DNA of 64,000 bases from Tubiluchus corallicola (Eukaryota; Animalia; Priapulida): NCBI GenBank assembly GCA_030141605.1, contig JAQGDQ010000028.1:558001-622000 (forward strand). Direction: 5' to 3'. Each line of letters opens with the position of its first letter. The first letter of the stretch is position 1. A program made the position numbers and the translations under genes. Below the pieces are notes generated by a model that worked only from the letters and a program-made list of their open reading frames with translations, did not search any database and had not been told where the DNA came from. Below, piece by piece: positions 51,301 through 64,000 of this stretch.

Positions 51301-54300
51301 AAATGTACACCTTGCAATTTTAATTATACTTTGACAACAATTTCAAATTATGCATTGTAGATTACTTGGATTAGTTGTTCTATGAGTGAAACTTTAATTT
51401 TTATTATAAGATTATTGAAAATTTCTAGTATTTGTATTATGCGCACATTAACATAAATAAATAAATACAACAATATTGAATAGATGTAACATTTTATTTG
51501 CCTAATATCTTTACTTTTATTTGGTTCCTTTGACTATGTTTTGGGATTAAGTGGCTCCTTTTGACTGGGCCCTTTTACAAGTTTTCCTGGTAGAAATTTT
51601 AGACCCAGTCCGCCATTGGCTGCTTTAGTAATTTTAAAATTGATAACAATGCAAATAAAGTAATGATCAAACATCCAACATCGCAAAATATTAGAAGAAA
51701 GATGAAAAACCTTGTTTTCTTTTTCGCAGGAAACATATACAAAAACAAAATAAAAACGAAGTAAACAAACAGAAGATTGTAGCACTAATGTACTTTGCTT
51801 ACCGTTGCTGAATTACAGTCCACTTCTGGCTTAGTCGCTGAAAGACATGCAAAAGTGATGTTAACAAAGCATAACGTAACTTCTGACTGCTTTATTAAAA
51901 GCATGAAAATCTATCCTCTGATATGGCAGATTTTCTGGTCTGTAACTAATACAAATTTAATTGTCTGGAAATATGATAAAATGACACATTAGTCAAATTC
52001 TTTATATTCGCATGCTTGCCAACATATACTCAACCAAAAAAGGAATAGCAAACTTTCTCTCCCGGAAAATTGGCCACCAAAACTGTCACTAAAGTCTGAA
52101 TTAACATTACTTACTAAAGCTAAACTTTTAAATACATCAGCCATATTAAATATCAAGGAAGTTCAAAAACTTTGGAAATGGAATGACTAGTACGTGAAAA
52201 ATTAAATTTATATCAAATCTTAAAGTAGGAATTTAATACATTTCACATACCTGATAAGTGTATGGACACAATACTGCAAGGACTGGTACCAGCACTGATG
52301 AGTAATACTCCTTTGGGCATGACTGTACAAATGGTTTCATAAATATCCGTGCAATCATGGTTAAGGAAAGGAAACCTGTTAAACTATCATAGCAAATAAT
52401 AGTAATAAATGAATCAAATCCACAAATGAATAATCAGTTTCAGTACAAGCAATTCATGCTCTTCCATTCATACCAAAGTCTAAAGATCATCTCAAAAGGG
52501 AGGAAACCATCAAGCAAAGTATTTTCATATTTTAACTGCTTTTGACTTTATAAAATTCTTTCAACTTCTTACTTAAGTCAACTGTCTATATTTTGCACTA
52601 TGTTCTCTGCCACATATTACACTGTTTGATCAGAACATGTCAGTTTCATTGTCTCATATAACTACTGCAAAGATCACATTAGAAAAATCAACACTTACAA
52701 GACAAACACAACAAAGTCACACTCATCTTACATGAATGTTATGAAACAAGATGTAACATTGGACAAGAAATATTCAAGATTTTACCATAACACAATATAC
52801 ACAACTCACAGACAGTACCACATGCAACGTCATGCATTAAAAAGAACAAACGTCTACATTGTTCTCATATTCATGCAAACTTTTTTGGTTCCAATAATGA
52901 ATGTATAATATTCAGACAAAACAAGAAGCACTGTTTGTGACATTACGAGATAAAATATTGAACCATATTTTTTTACATGTCCGATAAAATACTGTTGTAG
53001 CAAGATGTTTGGCTTTAGTGTCTAACTCTCCTTGTCTCATTCAATGGCATATTTCACATCATTCACATTGGCAGGATATGTGGTGCAAATTTCACTAAAA
53101 GAATTGCATAAAAAAGTTATGGACACTTATTGCATAAAAGGATATGAATAATACATCGTAGCCTATAGTCTGCCATGCTGTCCATGTTGGAAAATACCGT
53201 CTCTATGAGTTTTGATGCTAAACCATCTACGGCGTAGAAGTCATACCCTAAACTGATACCAGCATTGGCTAAAATGTGATACCTAAAACAAAATTGCTAT
53301 AACTGCAAATTCCGGCTTCCAATGGAACACAGTAACTGCTTCTAAAAGACTATATTCACAGTCACAGTAATGAACAGCAACATTTAAAAACTGCTGAACC
53401 ATTGCTCTTGTTAAAAAAGCTGTAATAAATCAACAATAGGAAAAAATTTGGCATGCCTTGTAGCTGTTCTGAATAAAATCTGGCTTTTATTACTAGTAAA
53501 TAGATTACCGAAAAGCAAGACCTTCAGTGAAAACTGTAAATTTAAAGACTTTTTTTAAACTCTTAAGACTTTGGGTTTGCACGAGTGAAGGCTAATTCAG
53601 ACACTACAATGATATTTACGTTTACAGTAAGTCGTCGCTTAACGACTCCGCGTTTAATGACGTTTTGTTTTAACAACGCTGAACATTTGACACCTTTTTT
53701 GTCAGTTACGATGCATGTTTCATTTTAACGCAATTTTTTTTACTTTGCTCACAGCCATTTTATTTTATCAACATTTTTACATAATTTGAAGCATTAAAAC
53801 GGTACATATTGAGTTATTCTGTTCTAAAAATGCATCAGTAACCTAATCAGCGCAATTACTATAATGCTTTTGCTTCCCGACTGACTACGTACTGAATTCT
53901 AATGACTCTAGCCCTTTGTATCAATCGATATCTATTTGCCAATTTATATGCCTCCACATACCAGAGTTTAAACTTTATGCCAAGGAATTTTGTCTGCAAC
54001 ACAGCTGTTGCTATAGCAACCAGGTTAGTACTACATGAAATTGTTTCAAGGTCACTCCATGCAGGATTGGCTTTCACTAAGCAGTGTTTAACTGCTAACT
54101 GTCTATATATAAGGCTTCAACGGTAAGAAAAGGGAACCGCTAGCAAAGTCTAGCTAAATATTACAGAAAGATAGATGGTTTCAAGCTACCAGAAAGAAAT
54201 TGATCAGTAGAAGTATGAAGAAAACCCATAAAACGCCTAATTTATTGATTTAAGCAGCACTGATGTTTGCTTCTGGAATGTATGTCAATTCTTTTACATT

Positions 54301-57300
54301 ACTTTCTAAGGAAGTCTTGGTTTAGTTTAACGACGTTTTGCTTAATGTCGCGTTTTTCTGGAACGCATTACGTCATTAAGCAAGAACTTACTGTACAATC
54401 ATTACCAGTAAAAGTTAGAAAATTGAAAATAGTAGTAATATGCCTGATTAATGGTGGAAGAAAAACAAGTTAGAAAGTTAACAGAGGCCAAGTTTCTCGA
54501 CATTGCCAACCATTTTTCATCTCTTCAAGACTCTATTTGAAATCTCAAGCACAAACTCAAGACAAGACAGTTCCGAACTTGAGCAGCCTCCCCCTCACCC
54601 GATTCCACACACTTCTTTTAACCATATCTTCAAACACTAGGGCTGAAAAGAAACCTTTTATCATCATGTTCAATGGCTTCAATCTTGTTCTTCAGAAGTT
54701 ATTGTGAATCTTGAAAATTGACTCACTTACATTTACTTTCAATTTCAATTTCAATAAACATTTGAATTATATCAGATTACAGATTACATCAGATCACAGG
54801 CACAAATGACAATCTAAGTTACTGTAAGATATTATAAGTTATCACTTACGAACAATCGTGTACGTTCGTCAAAAATGACTGCATCCTTTCTAGTGGCTGT
54901 TTAATTAATAACGATTCGTGAGAGTTGATGTCCCAACTCTTTGGTGGCCCTGTTAAACCCAGCAGTGACGACCTCTCGAACTCGGGCAGATCGTATGCCC
55001 GAGCGAATTCTGGTGATCGGTGAGCAACAAATTCCGGTAACCACATCTTATTAAATGTTCTGGAAATATTAAGCAAAGAGGATCAACCAAAGTAACAGTA
55101 ATGATTAAAGTAGAATGATGCGGTGGATACGGCTCCTCTTCTTTACTCAGTTTTTGTACAACTCAACAGCAATAATCAATAATCGCAACAGCAAAAATCA
55201 AATTTGCCATCACACAATGTCCATTGGTCCAACCAGTAAAGAAAAGTCTCTCAGGCTAATAAAAATACATCTGATAACAATTTAGCATAAAGTAAAGAAG
55301 TGGAAATTGTTCTGCACTTTAAATTCTGAATTATAACATTTTTTATTAAGACAAAAAAGGGCTCCAACATCAAATAGTACTCTGATTTAGCAAAATTAAT
55401 TATAATAGTGCCATTCGCATAGCAAGTAAAACAAGTACATCGCATTACAAACAAGCAACTGCACCCCAGATTTTTAGTCAATTTTTTGGATTTCTTACCC
55501 AAGCACTCCAAACAAATTGTCCAAGCAGGGCAACACATGATTGGCAACAGGATTCTTCAGCATAGGCATACCATACAAGCTTTCCCCCATAAGAAAACCT
55601 CCCGTCTTTGCTTCCTAAAAAGAAAACAGTAAACGGGATTGTATAATACCTGATTATTTATTTATTTTTCATTTATTAGGTATATAGTACATACAATTTT
55701 CTACGTAAGAAAGAAGTGAACAAAAAATTTATATAGATGTGTTAAGTACTAATGTTTTGCAAAGTATGGATAACAGCCATGGATAACAGCCAAGAACTAA
55801 ATCATCGAAGAGATCATTGCATATCAATCTAAGCTAACACTAATATGCTTACATGTATCATGGATAAAAATTGTTTAACTGAAAGTACAACTTTGAAAAA
55901 GAATGCCGTTGAATGAGTGCCACATGACTTATCATTATTATTATTATTATTACACTGAATTTTATGATTATCAATTAAGTGCCAAATTTTTAAATTCAAA
56001 TTTGACTAAAAGGGTCTGAATTTGAATCAGGAACCTTTGCACATCAGAAATTCACATATTCTGATGCAAATGCTCCTCTGACACAAAAGCTTCAAGTATT
56101 GATACTGTCATCTTAGAGCATCCTGGCTTGTAGAGTACAAATACATAGGTAATCCTTAAACACAATGTACCCTCGACTATTGAAATATCTGACCAATCAC
56201 TTCCGGCTTAGTAAATTAGTAACAATACTCATTCTCTCTAGATGAGCCCCACTGCCGCCCAAAAAATCCAGGATATCGTAAAGGTGTGACTATAGTGTTC
56301 TCAAAGTGCAGCCTGTAACAACTCACTTAACATCAATGCAGCAAAAATCATAGATGGATTCATGGATGTTTTTAACGAAGAATTCTACTTTTATTTTTTC
56401 TTACAAAACAGATATTTTGAAACCGATTACTTGTTTCTTCCTCGTGTGAACAACATGGAACACCTTCAAAAGGAAGATTGTAAAACAGTCCTAACAAACA
56501 TACAAAAAGTGCCCTCCCCACAACCATTATCACCACCACAGAAACCCCAAACCCTACATAAACACTGGGGAAAAAACCTGCAATAAGTTTCAAAATATCT
56601 GTTGTACTGAAATTTTCCATGATGGATGCCAAATCAGTTAAAAACTCACTTAACAGTTGGCCATTAATTAGCACATGTCAGTACCACATGTTTGTTTTAG
56701 CTCCCAACTAAATCTTTTCAGAGATGGCAGCTAATGTCCACAACTATATAGCCTTAGAATACCTATATACTAGATGAAACATCGTGAAATGCGTAAAATA
56801 ATTTCAATACCTTTGTTAAAGAATAAACTGTTATAGATATTGTCATTTTTACAGGCCTGTATTGTAATCTATACAACCTATATAGATGAGATTGTTACCC
56901 AACAAACTGAAGTTGTAAATAGAGTTAATGCTGTGTGAATTAGTAGTGAACTAGTGCTTTGTCCATTTTTTGGACATACAACAACTTATACTATAAGTTT
57001 CGGGCAAGTAATCTGCCATCCTAGTTTTTCCAGCAAAAAATGTGTCAGTTTATCATTACTAATGGCTGTTATTGCAAAATGTTCTAGGCAATATGCAAAT
57101 GTGAAGTACAGTGTGCAGTTAAAACACAACCCTGGGAAAGTATAAACATTCAAAAAAAGTGTTAAATAAATAAAATTATTGTTTTATCATAATTCATGTA
57201 ACTTAAGTAAGGCAACTACTTGCCTCCAAATCATCTGGCCATTTACTTCTTTTCACAGCAGCGAGCATTGTATTGATACAAAGAGCTATCTGAAAGTAGT

Positions 57301-60300
57301 AAGATATTTAGAACAACTACAAAGAACTTTGAAATGTGGATTTGTAGCCATATTTAGATGTAACATCTAAATTCTACAAAAATTCAGATAAGAAAATTTC
57401 TATTATTATTTGTCACTGGCAGTGAGATAGCAAGGTAGCACAAGACAATAGTTGCTGATGGTCAATCTTTCAAGAAACAATGTCCTAAACAGTGACTAGC
57501 TTCCAGTCATTATCCCGTAAAAAATGATGAAACAGAATGTAGGTGTGTTGCGATGTGTTTCTAATAATCAATATTTTCTTTGCAAAATGAAAAATGTTCT
57601 AAGCTTCTTTTGAGATATATAGTCCTGGCACCACCTCAGTGTTGTGAGTTGCGATGTCCCAGAAAGTATGCCATAACCAGACAATCTCCTTATAATCTGT
57701 TAGGAAAAAGAACAAGTGAAAAATGTGAAACCTCCAGACCATTGTTTAACATTATTACCTGTGATCTATTAATACCCGGCTGGTCGTCTTGACTTGGTTC
57801 TACGGGATGCTCATCTAGTCCAATATACGTCATAAACTTCTCTACAGACCAGAGTACCCTACAATTAAAAGCACCTTGTTTATCACTTTATTAACCAACA
57901 CAAATATGACAGTAACTCAACTGGCATCTCAAGAAAATTCTTACAAAAAATCGCAGACTTACTCTTTCAACGACGCATCCAGCCAAATTACTTGAATGGG
58001 ACCCAGAATTTCTCCAAGAAACTTTTGCTGCTTGTCAAAATTTTTAAACTGGTTGCTAAAAGCAAAGAATAAGTAAATTTTATAGAATTTTATAAAATTA
58101 TAATAACAAGAAATTTGATTGGTATGCCACTTTTATGACAATCATGCTGCAATTTTTGTGTACAATTAAAGGAGTAAGGTTAGCTAAATAGACTGGAAAA
58201 TAAATGGCCATGAAAATAGACAGGCTGAGGACACATCATCTGACACAGTGCTATTCTAACATTAAAGCTTTTTCAAATTTAATGACAAGTTTTGAAATCC
58301 ATGCACTACCCTTACTCTATACTTAATTCATGTCAAATTGAAACTCACTTTTGCTATTTTGGAAAACTACTCTACAGGTTACGCTAATTCCGTCTTACTC
58401 GAGGTTGTTAATCTTACCCAAATCTTTGCAAAAACGAGAGAATAAAAGCTTACTTGATAAGAATCACTGCTTCCATCAGTGTACATTTCTCCATTTGAGA
58501 CAGCTGTTCCGGATCAGTGCTGATCAAATGAATGTGGTTGCACAACTGATTGAAAGAAGGCTGAAAAACAGCGACAAAGTAAGATCAAATTTATATGCCT
58601 GGCAATGGAACAGTATTACATAGCACAGCATGTTATAATTTCTACACTGATCGATCCAGGTTAGATTACATTAGATCAGTTTTTTCCCTTATCTCATTCC
58701 TGCTAGAAAATAAAATGTATTAAATTATAATGAAACAGAGATGAACTACTGAAAAACTGTGGATCATATAGACCAATATGTTTAAAAATAATTGAATTAA
58801 TTAAATACATGGAAGAAGACTAAGTGTCTACAGAAGTACATTGTGTTAGAAAAATTATACACAAATGTAAAACACTAAATAGAATTTTTAAAAAATCATT
58901 TTAGAAGTAAGTAAGTCACAGAGTGACTGTGACAAAAAGCAGTAGGAAATACCAATACTATAGACAGGGCAGTTCCACATGTTCAACATAGCACATAGCA
59001 AGACTACAGGGCAGTTCCACATGTTCAGCATAGCACATAGCAAGACTACAGAGCTGTTCCACATGTTCAACATAACACATATCAAGACTACAGAGCAGTT
59101 CCACATGTTCAACATAGCACATAGCAAGACTACAAAGCTGTTCCACATGTTCAACATAACACATATCAAGACTACAGGGCAGTTCCACATGTTCAACATA
59201 GCACATAGCAAGACTACAAAGCTGTTCCACGTGTTCAGCATAACACATATCAAGACTACAAAGCGGTTCCACATGTTCAGCAGAGCAATTAGCAAGACTA
59301 CAGAGCAGTTCCACATGTTCAACATAGCACATAGCAAGACTACAGAGCAATTCCACATGTTCAATATAGCACATAGCAGGACTACAGAGCAGTTCCACAC
59401 AACAAAAATGAAACTCACATATGTACTAACATACCAGTAACAGGTCTGGAAAAAATCGGCAAATCTTCACCAGCGAGCTGCAAGCGTGTCGACGGGCATT
59501 CCGCACGGCTTTGGTACGAGTGGACTTAGTTTGACCAGACAGTGAGAAAACAACTGCAGCAAATATCTGTAATGAAGGTAATGAATGTAAAGTAAGGCAC
59601 TGCCATATTCAGAAAAGAGTTGTTGGTTTGAAAGAGAACAATTTTAAGAAAGTTACCAAAAGGTGTTCTATTATGTCTATAGTCAAATGTTTAGTTTGAG
59701 CTCATCAAGTATTTTAGTTAATTTCTGGCACTCTGGAAACTGTAACATCCAGCACAGTGTGGCAGATCTAACTATTATGTTTAATGAGTGTGGTGGGACC
59801 AAAATCTAGTTCATCAAAGGGGTCGTCCATCTCTTCACTAAACAGATTCCGTATTGCTTGGTCCATAAGCACAACCACGCACATAAACCTCAGCTGTTTT
59901 CCTTATTTGATACTACGTAAAGACTTAGAGTTAATAAGAGACTTAATACGTCAAAAACATAAAGAACACTAAAGAAGGGTAAAGCAAATTTGAAAAGAAT
60001 GACTACATTCACTACACACACAGGTAGACGTGTGTCGGCGTGTGTGACTTACAACTGTTCGACTTTACGACTAGTCAACAACTTAATAAATTAATTATTC
60101 AAAACCAACTATGAGTCTATAACTCATATTTCCTTCCATTTTTTTAAACAAATTAACTCAAAATCGCTTCTGTTTCCATGAATTCAACATGTGCTTAAAT
60201 ACTTAGTGCACATACAATATATACACAATGTCTTGTGTGTAGGGGCACACCGCTTTAATATATAATGCTGACTTGCATCCGATTCATCTTATGACCAATC

Positions 60301-63300
60301 CGCCGTAACCTACTGTGGTCATAAGTCAATGACTAGTTGTATAAACATCAAATTTTAAAAGCGGCACATAATATATCAGTTAATAAAATTTGTCATTGTT
60401 GTCTTGGAAAGGAAGTTTGCTGCTCATTATCATATGAAATGTGTTGATTTTAAATCAAACGAATGTTATGTAAACCAGCAGCAAGGAAGGTGTTTGAAAA
60501 ATAAACAGCTGTGGAAAAAGCGAGGAAAGCTTGGCTGTTAGTTGAAGACACTTGAGGTACTTACCTTATCTAATACAGCTGGTAACACTTCAGGCGCCAA
60601 ACAGATAAATGGAAATAGTGCAGAAATGCAAGACAATGCAGACGACAATATTAAAGGATCCTAAAATAAAAACTTGCAAAATAACGAAACAATGATTACA
60701 AGGAGCATGTCACATATCAAACAATTTTTAACAGTAGTAAAGCACAATTCACAGTAGGCCTACTACTAGACAATCATGTGACAAGAATATATATTAATAA
60801 TTAGATTTAGGGCAATTTGATTCCTTAGTCAAATCAGTCAGCGTCGACGTGTGAGCTATATAAACGCATGCTCATTTCAAAAACACGGGAGCCATGTTGG
60901 TAAAATAAGGTAACGACTCCAGAAAATTCTTCCAAGGCCATGCCATTAAAGAAAGGAAAAGATTCAACTTTTATTGCATAGGTGAACTAAAGAGTCAAAA
61001 CAAAATTGTTGAATAGGTGCCAAATTTGAAAGATGTGCTCTGGGAAGCAAGTTGCTCCCCTTGCTCCCCTATTAGCTACACCATTGCTTAGGACAGAACT
61101 AAGATGGAGGATATAATACCTTTAAACATCATATGCAAGCTTAAAAACACTAACTTTCAAATTTCAGTGATACTAAGTATTTCACAATAAGCTTTTTGTA
61201 ACACAAACAATTAAAACCTAAAAATTTAGGGTTGAACAAACTTTTTGTTAAACATATCAAAATCATTTAATCATGCACTCAAAAATAGTCCATCGCTCCA
61301 CCAGTTGCAGCCATGGTTAGAGCACTAAGAGCAGAAATTGAATTTTATAATCATGAGACTCAACAAATGTTAATCAATGAAAGGCTTTTAACAGTATAAA
61401 AATTAAGACCCAAGCTGAAAGCTGTGAGATTCAGTGTGGCAATAAAGTAGAAAGGTCACACAAGGCCTGTTTCTGACAAACACAAAAACAATAAATAAAA
61501 AAAATCCATGGCTTTTTGTTCTGAAATGCCATATTATAATTTTAATACAATGTTCAATAAAATAGAATTTAATCCTTTTAATCCTTTTGATTGGTATGAA
61601 AGTGGCAATATGACGAAATCAGCTCATTTTTTTACCTTTTTGATAATACAAAGATGTATTAAAATAAAAAAAATTGCATAAAAAGACACACTTTTGCATG
61701 CAAAGCACATTTTTGGCATAACCGTACAGACCATTATAAGTAAACCAATAAAGCAACAAATGCAAACTTTGCACACAAGCTACCTGAGTATTAAATGCAA
61801 GAATGTCTTGTAGTAGTTTGATGGCTCTAGTGCCAATTGTGAGCGGCATATCTGTTGGAACTATTTTTCCCAAAACGCTCTCCATAAAAATAGACAAGGC
61901 GTCCCATTCCAGGTAACTGGGAGAAAATGATGTACATAAAGCTGTCTCAACGCCTAGAAAAATCAGAGTTATGCTGCACCTAAAGATATATGATATAAAA
62001 GGCAATATGACAACTGAAAACTGGAATATTAATATCACAGATTTCCTATAATTTCCACATGAAAAAAATTATATGAAACAACGTATAAATAACTTACCAA
62101 TAACTGAAAACATGCAGGTTGTTTAACCTCGAACATGTACAAAAATATTTGAAAAACAGCTTGATACTTAAATAAATGAGCAAGTTAAGCAAAATATAAA
62201 AAATAAAAATACCCAAAAAGCAAAATATTTTGCAAACAAATATAATCAGATAAACAAACTGGCAAGTAATCACATAACAGTTTTGCAGGAAAGCAGACGG
62301 AGTGACGCAAAGAAGCAATTTATCTGCTAGTGGCTAATAATTGGTATTAAGCAATTTGCAAACAGTGCAATAAGCAACAGCAAAGTAGTTGGCAAAAATA
62401 AAGCAAAACTGAACACAACAGCTATCGCGGTTGAAGTCTCGGTTGTGTGCAAGCTTCATGCGTTGTTTCTTAGTCACTCCAGAAAAGCCAAAGCATTGTG
62501 AAACCATGTGCTGCCACCTGTTAAACTGAATGGAAAACGATTACCGCCAATTTCCACAATATCACGGTCAGCACCTTCACCCGTGTCAATGGGTTTTCTC
62601 AATGTCACTTCCAGCCAATCAGCTGAAAATTTGAACGTGACTTCCGGTTGAACAATTGTTGCTAAGCGAAGCAAGTCCATTACTTCAGATCGATGTCCTA
62701 GAACAAGAAAATTAATAATATTACAAGCTAAAGAATTTTTCAAACATTTTATTTTGTCCAAGTTAGTAGAAGCGTTTCCTCATCTTGTAAGAATTTGTTT
62801 ATTTTGCCCTTTCTCAAACAAAAAGTGTTGAAAATAATGCACAAAATTGCACATGGATTCAAAATATTACTTTTTTTACAGCACATATAATTAAAAAACT
62901 CGTCTTTGCAAAAATGTTTTTATGTATGTTCTAGAAGTCACAAGTGTCCCTATACCATCTGAAATAAATTTTTGCATTTAAAGTACAAAGGTATCAAGAA
63001 ATGAAAGCCTATCTACCCAGACTTTTAAGGCCGAACTTTTATCACAGATAGATATGTTTTCTAATGTCTTAATAATACAATTCCTTATTTAATCTGTTTT
63101 TCTATTCTTAGTGCATTTCTGCCACTGAAGTCAAGAAAAAATGAAGTTCTTGAACTAAATGAACGATGATGCCAGTTTGTTTGAGATACTCTTGCAAGCA
63201 CGCCCCATCAAATAGCGGCATCAGAGCTGCAAATTTCCATAATGTTACATATCAAAATAAGTGTTCTTTATTCAAAATTAAATGCTCTTTCTTGTGGTTT

Positions 63301-64000
63301 TGTGGATTTTTTTCTTCGTTTGATTTCTTCACATGATCGGCAATCTTAGATAGCATTAGGAAAAAATTCATTTCAATAAGGCTGACTCAGTTTAAATTTC
63401 ATGCTCTCACGATATCACCCTTAAGATTTTCAGTTTTCAATGCTTCTACAAAATTCATGACCAAAAAATATATATACACCGAGCAATTTACTCGCAAAGT
63501 ATTGCAAAAGGACTACTTACGTGAAAAGAAATTGCAAAAATCTTCATCATTGTCAAAATCTATTCTGTTGTAAGGGCAAGAAGGCGAATCATTGCGAGAT
63601 GGCCAACCAACCTGCAAAGAAGCAAAACTGTTAACAAATAAACATATAAACAGGCATGCAAACACACGTTAACATTTTCAGGCAATAGGCAATCCGAGGC
63701 CCAAAGTACAAAGACTATATATACCTTTTATCCAAAAGTTTATGGTAAATATTCTATTATATACACATGCATGTATCATAAGCTTACTAGATGTAAAATT
63801 GTATTGTCTATTTATACAAGTAAGCTTACTGAATGCTTTTGTGGATTTTTTAAACTCATGAAAGTTCGACCAGTGTCAAGATGCATTTTTCTTACACAAC
63901 CATTGAAGTCCATTGATTAATCTACATAATACTCTTCCAAACAGCAAATCCATATTAATATCTTACAGTACCTACCCGAAACATAATTTTTGATGATGTC
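45398..64000 (-). CDS. XPO5: Exportin-5 (3' part; the gene continues beyond the window)
   Basis: Exons (high to low): 64000-63976, 63611-63521 (VGWPSRNDSPSCPYNRIDFDNDEDF), 62697-62581 or 62545, 61953-61784 (LCTSFSPSYLEWDAL), 60660-60565 (DPLILSSALSCISALFPF), 59566-59435 (RTKAVRNARRHACSSLVK), 58560-58454, 58055-57963, 57858-57759, 57289-57224, 55614-55499, 55059-54850, 53282-53146, 52348-52251, 51837-51803, 50536-50445, 49327-49089, 48737-48597, 46967-46899, 46187-46086 and 45538-45398 (GQLFKREVHFRNLP...*). Phases are consistent and the motifs are recognisably XPO5. Confidence 0.95.
47260..48140. repeat. Degenerate array of ~130-180-bp units (possibly Helitron/HINE-type internal repeats)
   Basis: GGAT..TCATGAAA.TTT...GAATAT.CTAGAA and TCAAGATG(G/A)CAG/CCATTTTGA blocks recur at least 5 times. 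Confidence 0.55.
52349..53145 (-). other. U12-type (minor spliceosome) AT-AC intron in XPO5
   Basis: Donor C|ATATCCTTT, branch site TTCCTTAAC (52368-52360) and acceptor TGCAC|GG. Splicing joins RCII-R-IFMKP in frame. Confidence 0.95.
53625..54393. mobile_element. Tc1/mariner (pogo/Tigger-like) non-autonomous element
   Basis: TA|CAGTAAGTCGTCGCTTAACGAC...GTCATTAAGCAAGAACTTACTG|TA gives imperfect 22-bp TIRs, a TA TSD and subterminal TTAA(C/T)GAC repeats. Confidence 0.8.
55615..57223 (-). other. GC-AG intron in XPO5
   Basis: The donor GAG|GCAAGT is phase-compatible and joins WPDDLE to EAKTGGF. The nearby GT would shift the frame. Confidence 0.8.
58960..59400. repeat. 42-bp minisatellite (~10.5 copies) in an XPO5 intron
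   Basis: Unit AGACTACAG(A/G)GCAGTTCCACATGTTCAACATAGCACATAGCA. It explains three repetitive ORFs. Confidence 0.95.

Noticed and set aside
54560-54670. Possible intronic C/D snoRNA (minus-strand ATGATGA)
   Set aside because: No box D (CTGA) was found at a suitable distance, and there is no terminal stem.
58888-59440. Three long repetitive ORFs and a superficially CRISPR-like periodicity
   Set aside because: It is a head-to-tail 42-bp minisatellite without unique spacers, inside an XPO5 intron, and there are no cas genes.

Overview
This is AT-rich, intron-containing animal (invertebrate-type) genomic DNA, not prokaryotic. It holds three intact-looking spliced genes. The first is a Golgi type-II carbohydrate sulfotransferase (+, 12692-15996) with a tandemly duplicated stem exon. 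The second is a ~1,080-aa coiled-coil protein with a kinectin/RRBP1-like C-terminus (+, 26757-39180). The third is the 3' part of exportin-5 (-, 45398 to window end), which has a U12-type AT-AC intron and a GC-AG intron. A multi-exon cGAS-like receptor (Mab-21 family) pseudogene that the ORF track misses lies at 17380-19860 (-). The most unusual structure is a 6.6-kb block (2913-9494) bounded by two direct-orientation copies of a hAT-type MITE. One 8-bp target-site duplication (TCTGCAGG) flanks only the two outer ends, and the block splits a LINE that reads continuously across it. This looks like a composite (macro)transposon carrying ~5.8 kb of cargo. The rest is LINE, SINE and DNA-transposon debris plus micro- and minisatellites. 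All gene models were read by eye and no database searches were run.
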